Assembly (NCBI GenBank): GCA_963924565.1
Contig: OZ004612.1
Location: 32,922,001 to 32,986,000 of the forward strand
Direction of reading: 5' to 3'
Length of the DNA: 64,000 bases
Source of the DNA: Ascidiella aspersa
Taxonomy: Eukaryota
Shown one piece after another: positions 40,279-54,094 of the stretch (position 1 is its first letter; the number at the start of each line of letters is the position of its first letter). Both the position numbers and the translations under genes were made by a program. The notes beneath the pieces are model-generated. The model ran no database searches and had not been told where the DNA came from. It saw only the letters and a list, made by a program, of their open reading frames with translations.

Positions 40279-41724
40279 TCACCAGGGTCTCCAGACTTCC
40301 GATCCTTCGCTGCCGTCATCCGACGCGGCGCTGCAGTCATCCGACATATCGGGGGAACAAGGTGCAACATCTAGCGGTTGGTGTGATGACGTAGCAGGGA
40401 GCATGAAGCCCCCCTGAAGCTGACGGTCATCGAGGGGTTTCTTGGGGGAGGGGGAGAGCGACAGGGGGGAGCTAGGGAACCCTGATGACGTGAAAGATGA
40501 TCCGCTATTGTGACGTACATGTCGCGGTCGTGGGGATTTCCCGCTGTGTGAGGAGGTTGGTGAAGTCGCGCTCTCCATCAAGTGTGCTTGTTGTTGCTGT
40601 TGTTGTTGTTGTGCTTGTTGTTGTTGCTGTTGTTGTTGTTGTAGCATGCTCCTGTTCATTGCGGCAGCTGCAGCGACCATTGCGTGCTGGATGTGTGGGT
40701 TTGGGGCCATCCGGATCTGCAGAGGGGCAGGACCCGCTTGGACCGGGGGCGTGGTGGTCAGGAGGGGACCGTGGGGCAGCAGGTGGGGCGGAAGGGGGTT
40801 CCCCTGGTGGATCGGCATGTTAGAACCGAGGTGGCTCATCAACCTGAGAAGAAAATAACGTTTAAACTCATGCTTTAAAGTTAATTACAAACGTATATTG
40901 TGATGTCATAGTCGCTTAGATTTGAAAGATGCACTTTTCTTATGTTTACTCACCTTGCTTTGACCTCTGGGTGTACATTCTCGCTCGTTCCGTCGATGAA
41001 TTGCGCAACTTCGCTCTTGCACTCCTGGTATCCACCCCGGTAGTTCCCCATAGCAGCGGGGTCCATGGCCATGGCGGCGGTGACCCTCTGTCGCTGGATT
41101 GTGCGGAGGTAGCGGACTGTCATCTCAAGAATGTCGGCTTTCTCCAACTTCGAGTGGCAAGTGCTCTGCTGTGGGGAAAGCAACGTTAGATCATGAACTG
41201 ACTGGTCGGATTTGTAAAATGTGCGGCAATATTATGTATTGCAAATGTTGAACACAAATGCTTCTAGCGTTTGGATGAATTGATGTTTGATTTTGTACAA
41301 TACTTTAGAACAACTACAACACACGTGACGTGTATATTTCAACTTACGTCTTTTCTGAGCGCGTTCAGCAGAATTGACTTGAGTTCGTTCAAACTCTTGT
41401 TGATTCTTTCGCGGCGTCTTTTCTCCATGAGAGGTTTCGAAGCCTGAAGACAAAACAACTATTGTTAAAGTTGTCACAAAAAACGCTAAAGTAACACGAA
41501 AGTGATATGGAAAATAAATTAAACACTACAGTCGCAAACAAGTAAGGATTTCTTCACTAAACTCTAACCTATAAAGGCCGCCTTATATTAACCAGCGGCG
41601 GTCGGCCATTTTATATTGGCTCAATAGACCGTGGTTTAGTTCTCACCCTGCGGTCGTTTTTCATCACAGCTCCGGTGTTGACCATAGGAAGGGTTGGGGT
41701 GTGGGGCGCCATTACAGTCTTCAT
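40279..41724 (-). CDS. Hes: Hairy/E(spl) (Hes) bHLH-Orange repressor, about 317 aa. Exons 41647-41724, 41348-41443, 40954-41168, 40279-40843
   Basis: [17 protein letters not shown] basic region with proline, [13 protein letters not shown] helix 2, [12 protein letters not shown] Orange domain, polyQ, C-terminal WRPW; phase-consistent junctions; NAGNAG acceptor at 41165/41168. Confidence 0.96.
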
Positions 41725-42141
41725 TGGTGAAAGCAGCAAAATATTCCCTTGGCTCGTGGAAAGAGCTTGTCGATAATTATCGCGATATTGCGATTTGTCA
41801 GAAAGCAGGTTTCTAGCTCAGTTTAAAGCTGGAAAATAAAAAATAACTTGGTGAACAACGATGCAATAAAAATCAACTTTATCTAAAGCAATTTAAATAA
41901 CAAAACAATCTAATGGCTTATTGTGACTTGTATTTGTAAGTTGTCTTTCTGTCAAATTTTAAGTTGATAAATCCTTAACTTTGAACTAAAACCTTCAACT
42001 GAAACCCATCGACTGAATGCGATTAAATAAACTCAAGCTGCATTAAATCCAACAAGTTCCTTTTTATTTCCTAACTTAGCAAATATTTCTTCCAAGAAAT
42101 GCTTCCAGCAGTAACGGACATCCTACTTGGAACTCTCGCCG

Positions 42142-42367
42142 AACTGATCGCGGCGTCTATTGTTTCGTCACTTTTAAGCGTCTGTGTCGCGTGGGCCGGC
42201 GCGCACTTTCAACAAGCGCCTTTTTCCGCCGCCGCGCGTTCAACAATGGGAGTTGTGAGGTAATAAATAAGCCGCGTCGCGTCTGGTGGCTGCGATGCGA
42301 ACCCCGGTCGAGGCCGGTTCCCACGCTCCTCACAGCAGAGGCCGATTGTAAACACGAGCCGCGCGTG
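42142..42367 (-). promoter_or_regulatory. Hes proximal promoter
   Basis: Inr-like TCAGTT (42142-42147) with TTAAAA about 30 bp upstream, CSL site CGTGGGAA (42318-42325), N-box CACGAG (42353-42358), class-C sites CACGCG (42188-42193, 42362-42367). Confidence 0.65.
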
Positions 42368-45300
42368 CGCCTCCTCCCACTCTGCTCCTGCTCCTCCCGC
42401 CACTTGACCAACCTTTAAAGGCTGTTGGAGTTTTATAAGTCGTGTGTGTGATTCTGGGGCTGGAAATGGTGAAATTGGGGCGGGTTTGGTTCAAACTATC
42501 CTTGCGTGTTAATTTGAACACTTAACAAAACGTAATTCCCGATTTTACTAAGTTTTGTGCGAGTTTTACTCGGTTTAGTATCAGTGTCGTAGCAGACTGG
42601 GGTTTCTTACCGACTTGGTAAATTTCTTGTTAAAAAGTCAAAACTTTTAAAATCCCTTCAGCGGCATTTAAGTTGGAACTTCACATTTCAAACATCAGGA
42701 ATCAAAGTAGTTTGGAAATGTTGCTTCAAAAGCTTTCGGCGCGTTTCAGCGGATTTTCCCAAGGCGCTCCTCCTCTTAATGCTCTCACTCCATCCCAGCT
42801 GCTCCTGTAAGCCACTTGAAGTTTGAATTAATCTCCAACTCCAAACCAGAGCCAACCACATTCCGCCTTCAACCAAGCTCTAAATAACTTCGTGGAAACA
42901 ATTTGGACGTGGTGAAATATATAGGAATAGTTACTGTGATGTTGCTTTTATTTTGGTGTATGTTTCTGTTAACTTTTCATCCTAACTTACCAACATTAGA
43001 ATCCTTGTTTTAATGCGCGAAGTTGAGGTTGTGCTTAGATCGACAGTTTTGCTTCCCACGACAAACCCACTCTGACATTTCGATGCTCCAACTCAAATTA
43101 ATCCGCTCTAAATCCGCCTAAGGATTCGCAGCAAGTCTGTTTCAAACGCGGCGTAATTACAAGATTGGACGCTTCGTGCCAGCAACCGCGAGTAACTCGT
43201 TACCTAGATTCGTAGACCCACGAAAATCTCAGCAGCCGACGTTGACACCAAAGAACATTCCCCTGCTTGTCGATTAAAAAGTTTATCCAAGTGCATTATG
43301 CTGAGCGATTCGGTTTCAAGTTAAACTTTGACCTCAGGTCGCGAGCAAATGTAACTCGCTTAGATTGTTGAACTTATTACAACTGTAGAATATTCCTGGG
43401 TATTCATACGCTATAGGCAAATCACAAAATGTTGTCAGCGCCGAGCAAACAAAAACTCGATTTTTTCACCACAGCAGAAAGTCACCCCCAGTCTATCTTG
43501 GCTCCAGGCGATAAGATCAGTTCGGGCGCGAAACCAAAAGTTTAGGTTGTTTAGGGTTCATGTGATTACCTGGCAAGTAACTTGTGGTTGTCGCATAGAG
43601 TATTAATGTTCAACAAATTCATGCAATGAGATTTATGCATTTACAATTATTTTTGAAGAGTTATTGCGTCTAGAAGTTTATTGACAAATCAACTTTCTCC
43701 GATAAGGAATTATTCGTCCACAACCCCCTCACGCCGAGTTTTACCCCCCCCCCCCAAACCCTCCCCCACTTCCTGCACTTTCCCGCCTCAACATCCTGCA
43801 AACAGGGGATTCCCCGTCGGCACCCTTCATCGCATTGTCACGTCACAATCGTGAGAACGCGCTGCTTCTTTGTATCGAGCGTCTGCGAAACGTCACAATG
43901 TACAGATAATGGGTGATTGTTACGTCGCGTGTTGGGCATCTGTCTGCATCGCGCGCTAATTGATGACGCGAGCGACTCTTTGTCTTTTAAGGGCCGTAAA
44001 ATTCGATTAGGAGCCGAGAAATTGTTTTAATCGCCCCAGAACCTCGGTCCTTGGTCGGATGTGAAAAAATACAGACTTCTGGAAATAACGATTTGGTGAA
44101 AAGTAATTATTCGTGTAATAGACTCGACAAAAAATTTCGGTCAAATAACTATTAATTTTATTTGGGTAAAATGAAGATTATTGTAAATCTTTTTTTCTCC
44201 TGAAATCAATCATTTAAAATGCTTTTTTCAAGTTATTGGTAACGGTAGAGAAACAATTAGATTGTTTTAAATAAAACGCCTTGAAGTTTCAGAGTCTCTT
44301 ATATGGGTCTGCTTTAATAAGTTTAATAAGTTTATAAATATAGATATTATCGATTTTAAATTGCCGGGTTTGACTCGAAACGATGAAATATTGCAAAGTA
44401 AGTTCACACTTCTCAAGTAACTTTATGGCATTCAAAATACATCAGGGTTAACTAATGGCGAAATCACTTTCATGTGGCATTATGGACTTGTATTAAAACC
44501 TTTGTAGAAATCCTGGACTTTCGTAACTTTTTATCAGTTGATGTCGATGCTTGTTGCAAAACCTACAGCTGTGATTTACAAATTGAAATTAAAATTCACA
44601 TTAACCCCTATAATACCCAATACTATTATCAACGTTAGTGACTTGCAAACTTATAACAGCTACACAAAAACATCCCTCAATAAATGCTCCCTCTATTTCA
44701 CAAAACCACGCCACGTCACAATGCATTGTTTCTTACGTTACAATCCCATTGTTCTGGGGAAAACCCAGGTTAGGTGAAAACATACTTAGCTCGGCCAATA
44801 CAAAAGCTTTGTTTTCCCGCCAATTCCAGCGGATAGTTAATTAGTTTGGCGGGAAACAAGTCGATTGTTGTAATGTTTTTGGTGGTTTAAGCGATGTTTT
44901 TGTGGGAAGTTTGGGATTTGAAGGAAGCAAATTCCCACAACTTCACTTTATATCTTGTTGTTGGCCTCGGACAAACGGAATCGGTTGTAAGTGGATTGTT
45001 GCGTTATTGGTGTTTGTGTTCAAAGGGCGCTATGTTCAAACAATGTAATGTGCCTCGGAACGTGGGAAAGCCTTTGTTTAAATTGCCGCAATTTTCTTAA
45101 TTCGCCGAGAAACGATTTACATAAACATTTGTCGAAAACGTTTAAACGCGAGCTTCATTTATTATTAATGGTTCCCACGACTTATACCTGCCTTAATGCG
45201 CTCTATGACACCACAGGGGATTTGTGACATCACAGTCTACATTGTGACGCTGTTTAAATATGAATGCGCGTGCATGAGTCACGTGCCGAGCAGATTAACC

Positions 45301-48300
45301 AATCACGTCGCTTCTAATCCGCTTTTAAGTCCTTGAAATGTCCTTGAGGTCAAATGTGTGAAGACATCAACTAAACAACTTCAAAGTAAGAAGCACCACA
45401 ATGAAGCGGTAAATTTCGCAATTGGAACTAAAACTTCGGTAAATTAAACAAAGGAATGACTTGACGTTTTGTGTTCGAATAAGAAGTTGCTTCCTGAAAT
45501 ACGGTTGTGGTAAATAGTTGTGCCTTTGCTTTTTGCTGATTTTTTTAAGTGTTTTGTGATATTACTTCCACCAAAGAAGAACTTGCCGCATGTTTATGTT
45601 TAATTGTGATCTTACTGTGAGTGAAAATAGTTGGTTTATTGCATTGCACGCTTTGTCTCTACAACAGCGGTTATCAGCCTGTGGTACACTTCCGACTATA
45701 TTGATACAGACGAACTCTTCTTTAGATATTATGCGGTATTTAGGAACAATGCAGGAGGGCGATGTTATTTGCGCATAAGTTACATTCTCTCTTTGCTACA
45801 TTCGGTCGACTTGTAATATTTACAACTAGTGCTGGTGCGAGGTTGGAAATCCATTTTTCTGCTTAAATAAAATAAGTAAACTTTAGCAAAATAATAACGA
45901 GGTTGTTCGGTGAGAGAAGGTTGGAACCACTGAAGACCACGCAACCATACAAACCTGTCCCTAGCGACCTCCTAGAGCTTCCCACGCTTTCCACCAACCC
46001 CCCGTTGTTCCGCTGCGAGGGGCGACCAATTAACAACAGGGGGCAACCGGCTGCGCACAACCGCACTGCGCAGCACGATGCCAACGTTGTAATCATAGAA
46101 AACAATTCATTCTTTACTTTGTTGTTGTGTTCGATGCCCGGTGACAATCTGGTGTCGGTTTCATCAACTGATTTAAATCGGCACTATTTATAATTTCGGT
46201 GAAAGTTGACCTGGGATTAACCTCGTCGTCACTTGACACCAGTGTGACGTAACAAACGGTCGCGTTCGGAGTCGCGCGACGCTCGGTCGCCTGCTGCATC
46301 GCGATCTGCATCGCGGCGCCTTTATAACGTCATAAATCAGATCGTGCGATTGTTGATTAAAAAGCGTGGAAATGGCTTCGTGAGAAAAGCTTCGAGTGAA
46401 ACAAATTGGGGATAATTGAAACAATCGCCTTCTATTGTTCCCACCGCGATGCGCTTTTATTGCCCATCGCGATTGCGCCTTTTGTTCTATGACGTAACAC
46501 TTGACTTGTCAACTAAAATAGTTCGTTGCAGACAAGGTCGGCTCACGTCCACAAAAATAATCTGCTTTATATCGCTATTATTTAAAAATATATAAAGAAG
46601 TTCGATTTTAATTTTTTGTGCTGAGCTTACTGGGTGGACCACGTGACAATTACATTGTGACGTCATAAAAAAACACCTAATGCGTGCTTTGGAAAAGTTT
46701 TTATGCCTTATTCATATTTTGACTTATTGATCTTTCATACTTTACAACTTTTTAAAGACGAGCATCTTTATTTACTGACCTTTGACCTTTCTATCCCAAA
46801 ATTCACCTTCGGAGCATTGTGACGTTACAATGGAATGATGAAAGCGGCCTATTTACGTGGAAAAGTGCGACGTGTTGTCCTTATGTCGCATGTTTTCACG
46901 CCCTCTAATGCGATGCTCGGGGCAGGCCAGTTGTTTGTGAAGCTACAGTATGGTTGGGTTTATATCAAGCTGTGTCAAGCTGAAGGTTCACTTGGTGGAA
47001 ATTTAAAGGTGGTTTAGCAAGTTCGCATTTCCCACGAAACACAAAAACTGGTTTCTTGCGCAGTTGACATCCTTAGAACCTCAGTAGTGTTGACTTAAGG
47101 TGGAGAATTGTGTCAGAACTTAGTATCTTCGTATTTCCAGACCTAAACGTAATCCACTATAGATACTAAACTTTTTTATCCACAAAATTATTTCTCGATT
47201 TTATTGAAATAAGACTTTAAGCAGAACTGTTGATGCTGTTTTTGGCGCAAATGCAGTATTTTGGAGTTATTTATTCAATAAAAGTTGTTTTAGATATAAA
47301 CCTTTTTAGTTCTTTTTGGAATTTACTTCTTTACATTTAACGTTAATATCCATTTACAAAATAAATAAAAAGCAATAAATGTTAAAAACATTCAATTTCT
47401 TTCGATGTTTGAAACTTAATTCGACCAACCAACCCTAATCCTCCTTTAACCAAACCTGACAATTTGCTAAAAATAATCGCTTCGGTAATTAGCACAAAAT
47501 GGCCTCCAAATTGCCGACATTAGGTTGAACAGCTGAACTTGTGATAATTGCTTCAAATTAGTGGTTGCGGTTGCGGGAAAGCACCGGGTTTACGCGCAAT
47601 TATCTGGGATCGGCCTCAATTAATCGCGCCTCAATTGTGACGACATAAGGCATTACATCACCTGATGATGTCATCCATGGCCTCGTAGTATCAGGGGTGT
47701 TCAGTTGTGACGTCATAAAGGACCTGCGATAATATTTTCCAACAAAACAAACGTGTGTTTGGAACGTGTGGAGAAAACGTTCCCAAATTAGCAACAAAAA
47801 CACTTTTTATTATTCCTCACGGCAAATTGATCCGGCGCCAATCACAGGCCACTAATCTCCCGCCAAATTGTCCCCCAAATAAATAAACCCCCGCCATGAC
47901 TTGCACTTTGCACCCCTTCTTTGCATTGTTACGTCACTGTGGCCGCTTGTTGCAACAATAAATAGAATTGAAAGCGGCATCGCGCGATCCTAATTGTGAC
48001 GACACGCGCGTGCCATTGTTACGTGTGCAAGTTGCTTCTGTGTGAAAGTTGTGACTTGTTTAGCGAACAATCACTTTTCAAAAGTGGATTGTGACAAGAC
48101 AATACAAACAAGATGGTTGACGTTTGAATATTTCTCATGCTGCAAGTAATTGTGGGTCTTTCACGTCGAAAGTTGTAATATTTGTCATTATGTTAAATAT
48201 AGTAACAACAAATTAAGTAGTTTTACTATTTTGCAAAATACAAATGAGTTACCTTGATATTAGCATTAAATTTAATCCATAAATCTGATCAAGTTGATCT

Positions 48301-49250
48301 TATTTGCTCAAACTTGAATGTTTTGCCAGCAGTTCGTTTCAACAATGTCACTTTTTAGATTTTTTAGCAATTAAAATACTTTATTGAACTTTCTAGATGA
48401 ATAATATGAAACCTTGTGCTGACTCGTTTGTGACGTAGACAACTGACCTGTGTCTGTAAATAAACGGAAAATATTAAATTTCGAATCGTGTTATTTGTCA
48501 TGCGCGTCTTCTAAGTCTGACTTGTGTTACGTCACAAAAGATCCCCATTCGTGCGACATTTCGATCCGCTTTTTAATTTTCGGAAAACTGTTAAATTCGT
48601 CGAATTTCCTGTTGCGTCGGTGGCACTAGAGGTCATTGACCCCGGCAAGTTAAAGGTCATTGACCTCTATCCACTTGCGCTTAATTGTGGGAAGCGAATT
48701 TAAGGAAGCGAAGGTTAAACAAAGCGCCATTGTCGAATGCCCCCCAGTCTGCACCCCTACCCTGCTGCTCCGGAACAACAATTTGTTTCCAAAAGAGACA
48801 ATTCCTCTAAACCGGAAAACAAAGCTTTCGAGACTGCTTTGTCAACGTCACAATGCCAATTATGTTGGGTTCCTAATCCTGGAGTCGCGCGTGCCTCTAT
48901 TACGTCATAGGGTCTTTCGCTGTTCGAGGGGATGAATAATTGTCGGGGCATTGTTCGCTCACTGAGGGTTCATTGAAGCGGAACGATTAGACGAGTTAGA
49001 GTCGAGATTCTCCAAAAACTACTTTCCCACAAACTTACTTCAAACTTACATTAGAACATACTGTTGCTGCCAGGCATTATATTATATACCTGGATAGGTT
49101 ATCGAAACGTCGGTACAGAATAAATAATTGTCGGAAGAACCCTCTTTATAACTTACATTAGAACCTCTTCAAACCTGCTGTGGCATCTTAAAGCATGAGC
49201 TTTCCTCGAGTGATTATGTGCGCTTCACTCATACGAGCGATTCTACAGAT

Positions 49251-49574
49251 CAGAGGTGGAAAAACTGCGGCTCTCCGGCATGTGTTTTGTGGCTCTTCTA
49301 GTTGAATCGTAAAACTGTTTTCTTTATTTAGGCCAGCATTTCGTTAATGATGTAACACTAGAAATAGAGTCCGAAGAGTTAGTTAACAAATGAGGTATTT
49401 TGCTATTACGGTTATTACCGTGTTGATTATTATCGTTTTGTTATATTACAATTCCGTATTATTGCTGCTGGCCTAGCATTATTTACCGTTTTTGTATTGA
49501 AATAAATTTGAGGCTCTTTGGTACTTGTATTTTCTGCAAATGGCTCTTCCATTGAATACATTTGCCCATTCCTG
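49251..49574. mobile_element. Degenerate hAT-like MITE
   Basis: cagaggtggaaaaa / tttgcccattcctg ends with subterminal ggctct repeats; TSD unclear. Confidence 0.4.
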
Positions 49575-50062
49575 ATCTATATGATGTTGTTCATTTGCAA
49601 CCAAAATCATTTACAATTTGTCCCAATAAGATTTGGTTTGAAACTTACTTAAAACTTGACAATCCGTTCTAAGAGCATCAAACGCCATCCAGGTTTCAAC
49701 ACAGGGGACATTTAATAGCAGTTGATTGGTTGCTTCATTGCTTCAACTTGACAACTTTACATGAACCGGTGTGTGACACCAATCCTTATGTTCGGTGATT
49801 CCCCGAATTAATTGCTGTTTATTGCGACATCCGGTGAAATTAATCCACAAGAGACGCCTTTATGATGTCATATTGGAATTGACGACCGTGCATTGTGAGG
49901 TCATAAACTGGGAGAATCACTGAAACATAGAGTTTTAAATCAAACTAGATTAACATTTTATTATTTTTTGTCCTTTTGAAATGCAAGTGTTGGTTGGTAG
50001 TCGTATTTTTCTCATTTTAAACTAAAAAGCAAGTGGCACTGAAACAATTTCTAATTGACTAT

Positions 50063-50235
50063 ATTAAGCTTTCGCACAACCGTGCTTCATCAGGTGAAAA
50101 AGTGATTGAAATATACGAAGTAAATGCTGCTGCCTGTGGAATGTCTGACCTTATGCTTCTTATCGCTTTTACTCGCGCTTGTGCTTTTGCATTTCTACTT
50201 TGACCTGATGAACTCCGGTTGTGCGAAAGCTTAAT
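50063..50235. mobile_element. Penelope-like remnant with two inverted minimal hammerhead ribozyme motifs
   Basis: Minus 50064-50095 reads c-CTGATGA-a-gcac-ggtt-gtgc-GAAA-gcTTA; plus 50203-50234 reads c-CTGATGA-a-ctcc-ggtt-gtgc-GAAA-gcTTA. Confidence 0.65.
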
Positions 50236-52482
50236 CGGGTAAAATACAATTTATCAACAGCTTTACGTTTTGTTAGTTTTTGGATAAAATTGTTTGAACT
50301 CGCACCGTTTCAACCTTCTTGTGACGTAACAGTCGTACGTTATGACGGTTGAATTGCAGGGGTCGTGTGACTTTCCGCTCCTCTATTGTTACGTCACGGA
50401 TCACATCCAGGGCCGACCCTCCAAAAAAAATACCACGAGAGGGAGCACCACTTCCCGCCCTATGTTTGTGACGTCACAACTTGGGAAGTTTGTCTTTGTT
50501 GCAACAATGGCCATTGTAACAAAATCACGAGCACGTGTCTCGAGGTATATTCATCCGCGTCGGTGAAAAGCGGAAGGATACCACTTGTACCGGAAATGAA
50601 TATCCGAGTGCAGTGATTCGAAACGGCAGAATGTGTTCAGCGGAGCGTGAAGGTTAAGTTGAAGGTCGTTTTTGTTGCAGCTCCAACTTATTTCACCGGC
50701 TTCAAACTTATTTCACCGGCTCAACTTTTTAACGAGTTTTTAATTTTTTTCTGATTCGATCAAACCTCGCCCAAAGCCCGGAAATAAATCGCGGATATGA
50801 GGTTATTAAATCGCGGCCCATTGTCCCACAACGCGATCCCTTTTGTCCCCGAAGCCACCAGCATCGCCCCTCATCATTCACTACGTCACAATGCCCTTCC
50901 GTTCCAATCGATTGTTAGGCACGCGCGCGCCGCTCAAAGCCCCGCTGTCACTTGTGCGCGCTCAGCCGTGACGGATCGGCGCACTTTCCCACACTACGTC
51001 ACAATGGCCCGCACACACGTGACGCGGGAACGCGCGCGCTCGAGTAATCGAACACTTCTCGCGCGTGGCAACACAAACAAGCGCGCGCGTTCCGTGGGGG
51101 GAGGCCCGCCACTGCGGGGAGCGACACTTTTCGCTTTGTGATGTCACACTGCTTGCTGAAGTTGGATTGGAAAATTTTAAAATATATGTTTTATGACGTG
51201 ACAATGGCAAATCGCAAATTCTTCGAGCGCTTTTGTGTTCTAATCGACTGATTCGATTGTTACGTAGTAACCCGGTTGCTGGTTCCGGAATTATTTATAC
51301 AAGGTTCATTAATTATCGCGGATAATTATGACGTCGGGTGAAAGGCGATTATGTGTCATAATTAGGAGCATTGAAGCGATTGTTCGTCATAATCGCCTGG
51401 AAACATTCTGTTGTCGTTATACTCGCCCCAATTAATCAAATGATCGCGCCGAGAATTCGTTGTTGGTGGGAGAAGCTATGTTTAAAGCGAACAAGTTACA
51501 CTAAGTTGGTAAGGCGGGAATTTATTGATAGAAGGAAACATATAAACACTGGGTGCCTATGTAGCTGAAATGTGTTTTAACCAGTGGGTGTGAAACCTTT
51601 AAAATAATGAAGTCTAACATTGAAAAAAAACTAAATATAAATTTGCGAGTCAACTTTCCTTCAAGGCAGATTCCGCACAAATTTAAAACTTCAACATTTT
51701 GAAAAAAGGTTTAACCTTTTCTAAAAAAAAATTTAAAACATGCATTTTTTGTTACTCACAGTAGAATTATGCGCCGAGCTTTTACGCCCCCCCCCCTACT
51801 TTATCCCCCCCCACACTTTTACCCCCCGCAGCACGTGCTTGGTTTCCCGATGAATCACGTCAGGATCGAGCGGAGATAAGAAGCTCTGCTCACTTCCCAT
51901 GACGGTTCCGCCCCGGTGATTCCCCGGCACGAGCGGGGTCATGGCCCGTCACGCCCCACTGCACACAGCACCCGTTCACCCACGTTAAGCACCACAGAAC
52001 ACCACTTTGTACTTACACGCATAATCCCTGCGATCCTGCAGTAGTATGGTTAATCCTTGCACAACTGAAGTATTATTAATGCTTGTCGCACTCTGCATAT
52101 TCATATATTTGTCTTTGTGCGAGGTTATGTGTTTGTCTGTGTGTGTGGTTATGTGTTTGTTGTGCTCGTGTTTGTGCGTGTTCCAGACTTACCCAGCGCC
52201 AGAATCGGAAGCCCCAGGTTAATGGGTCAGATAATCGCTGACCCCACTTCACCCACTTCACACACAAGCTTCCTCGCCGACCAAGTATCGTCTACTTTTG
52301 TATCAAGGCTTCAATGTTTCGGCCCGATCTTGATTTGTTTTTTGATCGTCACAAGTTGTTTAAGTTTCCCAACGAGTCGGTCGATCTCCAGCCACAACCT
52401 TCACTTAAACCCGAACCCGTTCCAACATTAAAAACAACGAAGATCTACTGGCTAAGCTTGCATTAAATAAGCAGACATATAG

Positions 52483-52557
52483 TGGTCCCATGGTGGGATT
52501 CGAACCTCAGCCTCAATCATCTTCGAAGTGGAATAATTGTTATTTGTCCCACAGACC
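52483..52557 (-). other. Degenerate tRNA-like sequence (pseudo-tRNA or SINE head)
   Basis: B box GGTTCGAATCC, partly complementary ends, about 75 nt; D and anticodon arms do not fold. Confidence 0.35.
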
Positions 52558-54094
52558 TTTAAACTCACCATTTAACCCCCCAAACCCACCCATATTCCCC
52601 CCAACCCCGCGGTTTGCTCCCTCGGGCGCACCTGTGTCGGAAAGTGCTTGGGCGGAAATCTTGTCTGACTCTTGTCGGAATTCGATACTTGAGGGTGCAT
52701 GTGCACTCAGGCGTGACTACCCCCAACTTGAACCCGTGTGTGGATAGCAACCCCCTTATTTGTCGCGCATCTTTGAATTGTTGCAAATTTATCCTGTGTT
52801 TAGAAATTATCGCGGAGCCTCCAAAAATTTAAACTTAAAAATCTCTTTAGAAGCATTCATTCTTTACTAAGGTGCGCCTCAAAAACTTGTTTACAATAAT
52901 TTATGGTTATTTACCTTAAACCAGTTTTGTTTTAAATTTTATGTTATTTAGTTTGTTGCGCTATCTTACAACCGATCCATAATTACCTGGAACCTTGAGA
53001 GTTGCGACCAAACGTGTGGTTGAGTTAAAGCAGCGACGAGCTTTGAAAGTTTTGGAAGTGTTGCGCCATGGCGCCACCTTGCGGATGGTGCTTTATAAAT
53101 TAAAAACTTTCATTTTCCTGGCAAATAACAAAGTTAAGTCACATTTTACTTCACCTCAATAAATCGAAGTAAATCCAACCTATGTGACGCCATCTTCGTC
53201 ATGACGTCATACCCCTATTACGTCACTTCGTCCCAATTCACCAAACTCCCTACTGCAAGTTCGTCCCCCAAAACCCTTTATTACGTCACACATCCCACTT
53301 GATCGCGGCAGAGCATTGTTTACGTCACGGCTGTTAACAAACGCTTTGATGTTGTCATGACGACAGCCTCTTGAATTGTTTAAAGGTCATGACCTTGAGA
53401 GCGTGGGAAGCTAAACTCGTGACCAGGATTGTTTGTGACGTTACAAACATGAAAGCGCGTAGAACGGCATCTAAGTGACGAAACAATTGTCAACAAAAGC
53501 GTGCGACTTTCACGCAACAATCGCCATTGTTTGTCGCGCACTTGGGTTTGTTTCGTCACAAACAAGTTCCAGAAAAACCTGCAACATTGTCACGTGACCC
53601 AAGCTAAGGACAGTTGTGAAGTTGTTTTTTTTTTATAACAAATTGTGAAGGTTTTAATTATATTTATATCATCATGAGCTAGTTCAAATCCAAACCAAAT
53701 TGTTGTGCTACGAACATTATGGGGTTCATGTAAATGTCACCTTTCCCTAAGCTAGAATAATATTTTAACATTCGCTTCATATTGTGGGTTAAATCTCGCT
53801 AACCTGCAATTGCTGATCGGGGTTGCGAGGGTTCTGGTTGTGAAATGTGGAATATAAGTTTTAGCGGTCGGTGGCGTAACATTGATAATGATCGAGGTTT
53901 TGCAATAGCAAACGCTTGACCTTTCACCTAGTTATGACGTCATACTTCGTCGATTTCGAGAAAAATCTAAACGATTGTCATGTTGTTTGTCAAGGACAGT
54001 AAGTGAAGCACTCATCGAAATAATATATAACATTGATCGAAGCAATCCTTGTAAGTTTCGTTTATTTATAAAATAAACTTTAAAATTCATAAAA

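Noticed and set aside
44901-44939. Su(H) paired site
   Set aside because: The inverted sites are 23 bp apart, outside the canonical 15-17 bp spacing
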